64,000 nucleotides of DNA from Balanoglossus misakiensis (Eukaryota; Animalia; Hemichordata). The notes beneath the pieces are model-generated. The model saw only the letters and a program-made list of their open reading frames with translations, was not told the DNA's origin and did no database searches. Location of the stretch: assembly GCA_040954595.2 (NCBI GenBank), contig CM082597.2:6721849-6785848 (forward strand), given 5' to 3'. Of the stretch, positions 60,301 to 64,000 are shown in pieces. The position numbers and the translations under genes are program-made. Within the stretch, counting starts at the first letter, position 1. Each line of letters opens with the position of its first letter.

Positions 60301-62750
60301 CCAAAAATGACAATTTTTCGACTTTGCGAGATATCAAAATTTCTTCATTTTTTTGAAAAAACCATGGGTTATAGCTCATGAAAATCATCCAAAAATGACA
60401 ATTTTTCGACTTTGCGAGATATCAAAATTTCTTCATTTTTTTGAAAAAAGCATGGGTTATAGCTCATGAAAATCATCCAAAAATGACAATTTTTCGACTT
60501 TGCGAGATATCAAAATTTCTTCATTTTTTTGAAAAAACCATGGGTTATAGCTCATGAAAATCATCCAAAAATGACAATTTTTCGACTTTGCGAGATATCA
60601 AAATTTCTTCATTTTTTTGAAAAAACCATGGGTTATAGCTCATGAAAATCATCCAAAAATGACAATTTTTCGACTTTGCGAGATATCAAAATTTCTTCAT
60701 TTTTTTGAAAAAACCATGGGTTATAGCTCATGAAAATCATCCAAAAATGACAATTTTTCGACTTTGCGAGATATCAAAATTTCTTCATTTTTTTGAAAAA
60801 AACCATGGGTTATAGCTCATGAAAATCATCCAAAAATGACAATTTTTCGACTTTGCGAGATATCAAAATTTCTTCATTTTATTGAAAAAACCATTGGTTA
60901 TAGCTCATGAAAATCATCCAAAAATGACAATTTTTCGACTTTGCGAGATATCAAAATTTCTTCATTTTTTTGAAAAAACCATGGGTTATAGCTCATGAAA
61001 ATCATCCAAAAATGACAATTTTTCGACTTTGCGAGATATCAAAATTTCTTCATTTTTTTGAAAAAACCATGGGTTATAGCTCATGAAAATCATCCAAAAA
61101 TGACAATTTTTCGACTTTGCGAGATATCAAAATTTCTTCATTTTTTTGAAAAAACCATGGGTTATAGCTCATGAAAATCATCCAAATATGACAATTTTTC
61201 GACTTTGCGAGATATCAAAATTTCTTCATTTTTTTGAAAAAACCATGGGTTATAGCTCATGAAAATCATCCAAAAATGACAATTTTTCGACTTTGCGAGA
61301 TATCAAAATTTCTTCATTTTTTTAAAAAAACCATGGGTTAAAGCTCATGAAAATCATCCAAAAATGACAATTTTTCGACTTTGCGAGATATCAAAATTTC
61401 TTCATTTTTTTTAAAAAACCATGGGTTATAGCTCATGAAAATCATCCAAAAATGACAATTTTTCGACTTTGCGAGATATCAAAATTTCTTCATTTTTTTG
61501 AAAAAACCATGGGTTATAGCTCATGAAAATCATCCAAAAATGACAATTTTTCGACTTTGCGAGATATCAAAATTTCTTCATTTTTTTGAAAAAACCATGG
61601 GTTATAGCTCATGAAAATCATCCAAAAATGACAATTTTTCGACTTTGCGAGATATCAAAATTTCTTCATTTTTTTGAAAAAAGCATGGGTTATAGCTCAT
61701 GAAAATCATCCAAAAATGACAATTTTTCGACTTTGCGAGATATCAAAATTTCTTCATTTTTTTGAAAAAAGCATGGGTTATAGCTCATGAAAATCATCCA
61801 AAAATGACAATTTTTCGACTTTGCGAAATATCAAAATTTCTTCATTTTTTGACGAAAATCATGGGTTATAGCTCATGAAAATCATCCAAAAACGACAAAT
61901 TTTCGACTTTGCGAAATTTCAAAATATCTTCATTTTTTGACAAAAATCATGGGTTATAGCTCGTGAAAATCATCCCAAAACGACAATTTTTCGACTTTGC
62001 GAAATGTCATAATTTCTACATTTTTTGACAGAACTCATGAGTTATAGCTCATGAAAATCATCCAAAAATGACAATTTTTCGACTTTGCGAGATATCAAAA
62101 TTTCTTCATTTTTTTGAAAAAATCATGGGTTATAGCTCATGAAAATCATCCAAAAATGACAAATTTTCGACTTTGCGAAATATCAAAATTTCTTCATTTT
62201 GTTGAAAAAACCATGGGTTAAAGCTCATGAAAATCATCCAAAAACGACAATTTTTCGACTTTGCGAAATATCAAAATTTCTTCATTTTTTTGAAAAAACC
62301 ATGGGTTATAGCTCATGAAAATCATCCAAAAACGACAATTTTTCGACTTCGCGAAATTTCAAAATTTCTTCATTTTTTGACAAAAATCATGGGTTATAGC
62401 TCATGGAAATCATCCAAAAATGACAATTTGCCGACTTTGCGAAATTTCAAAATTTCTTCATTTTTTGTCAAAAATCATGGGTTATAGCTCATGAAAATCA
62501 TCCAAAAACGACAAATTTTCGACTTTGCGAAATTTCAAAATATCTTCATTTTTTGACAAAAATCATGGGTTATAGCTCGTGAAAATCATCCAAAAACGAC
62601 AATTTTTCGACATTGCGAAATTTCAAAATTTCTTCATTTTTTGACAAAAATCATGGGTTATAGCTCATGAAAATCATCCAAAAATGACAATTTTTCGACT
62701 TTGCGGAATTTCAAAATTTCTTCATTTTTTGACAAAAATCACGGGTTACA
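42385..62750. repeat. Satellite array, 88-bp monomer, roughly 230 copies
   Basis: catgggttatagctcatgaaaatcatccaaaaatgacaatttttcgactttgcgagatatcaaaatttcttcatttttttgaaaaaa(c/g); period measured 43981->44069. Copy number is length divided by 88. Confidence 0.98.
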
Positions 62751-63294
62751 GAAACGAGAGCAGTACGGTAAACAATTTTCATCTGCATATATTTCGTATA
62801 TTTCACATCGTTATTTTTATTTCCGGGTTTACGAAGCTCTAAAAAGTTTAGGGTCGCTGGGTTAAAATGAGGGTAGGTCGCGCGGGTAATCGGAACAGCA
62901 CATATTTTTTACTTTGGCCTAAGCTTCCACCTGAGCCCCGTTATTGTAAGGACTATGATGTTTTAAAAGATAGCCCAAATTTCCTCAAAACTTACCTTCT
63001 CTAAATAATGTTTAAAGACTGTTTTACATGTACAAGAATTTAGGTTTTAATCATGTTTTCCTTTTCTTTCATAATTGTTAATAGCTTGGTATATTATGCG
63101 ACTTGAGAGGTGATTTTTATATAGAAGGCGTTTTTAAATAAATATTATATTATTATGATTTTTATATTCGATAAACATGTACTGCCCCAACCTGATTAAA
63201 TTCAACCGATAGCGCAGACCCGATTTTCGTTTTCATTCTTTCTTTGATCGAGCGGTGACCGTATACCTTTAATGCGCCCACACCGGGCCGAGTA

Positions 63295-63610
63295 TATTAT
63301 ACACATGATGACTGACAATGAGGGCAACAGTGTATTTTGATGTCCGAGGGCGCTGCTAGTCACAACTAAAACAGTCTTGTTTTGGTGTGACTGGTAGTCC
63401 CGAGGTCATCAAAAATACACTGTTGCCCGAATATGTCAGTCATCATGAGTTTTGTAACACACCAAACACGGAATTATATCAAGACGGGGCAACAGTACCG
63501 GGCAGAAACTGATCGAAATGATGCCCTAGGCAACAGTTCGAAATGACTAACGTCACGTGACGGCGTATTGACGAATCACGATCGAGGGTTCGCTGCATGG
63601 TGCATTACAA
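63295..63610. mobile_element. Non-autonomous element with long terminal hairpin
   Basis: Imperfect palindrome 63304-63447 (catgatgactgaca..gggcaacagtgtatttt / aaaatacactgttgccc..tgtcagtcatcatg). Outer boundaries approximate. Confidence 0.5.
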
Positions 63611-64000
63611 ACCCAAATGATTAATTGTTTTACGTAATACCCTGGTGTGAGTGGGGGTTACCGTGGTAGTGCGCATGCTCATAATATACCTACATTTCAA
63701 CGTTTAGCCTACGCACCTGTTGCAGGAACAGAATGTTAAGACTGACATTAAAAATACATCAACAAAATTGAACCATCATAGACAATCTTGCGACGAGACT
63801 TCTGTGGGTCAACCTTGGCAGACAGCCGGGTGATCTGGGGCAAATCCCGACAATGTCATGCCCCTCACACACCCCTCGCCTCCCCTCCCCAAGATTAGTA
63901 ATAGTCCCGCCTGTAAAAGTGAACGCGGAGAACGTAACAACATTGATTGAATATTGATTGGACCTTTTGTTAACGAATTACGCAAAACTCGCTTTTGCTA

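Noticed and set aside
42385-62750. CRISPR array or repetitive protein (ORFs 47935, 48904, 51986, 52955, 62227)
   Set aside because: No unique spacers and no cas genes. The 88-bp period is not a multiple of 3, and the ORFs arise from chance indels in monomers.
63552-63561. GTCACGTGAC (CLEAR/E-box) as a regulator of lysosomal TMEM192
   Set aside because: Lies 23 kb away, beyond the satellite and inside a probable TE.

Overview
Eukaryotic, AT-rich, intron-containing DNA, most likely from a marine invertebrate animal (taxon inferred, not shown). (1) 1-34.3 kb is a tandem array of ~8-kb units. It holds three intact, intronless RING/B-box/B-box/coiled-coil/NHL (TRIM-NHL) genes on the + strand and one unit whose TRIM gene has been deleted. 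(2) A six-exon TMEM192-like gene on the - strand (ATG 40125) has the third TRIM gene nested in its last intron. Its last exon was co-duplicated with the TRIM unit, giving three intact, splice-compatible terminal exons. (3) A full-length two-ORF APE-type LINE (8342-13193) has a virus-like 2A/StopGo motif in ORF1, a (TAA)n tail and a ~150-bp target-site duplication. (4) There are many non-autonomous DNA transposons, MITEs and hairpin elements; several can be delimited exactly because paralogous units supply the empty site. (5) A ~20.4-kb satellite of an 88-bp monomer shows nested higher-order repeats and diverged edges. The strongest signal is in the TRIM-NHL paralogs. They are nearly identical in the coiled coil and propeller framework but differ repeatedly at the same loop positions of the NHL blades, and they are mosaics of each other. 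This resembles a diversifying receptor or restriction-factor array (inference). All comparisons were done by eye; no alignments or database searches were run.
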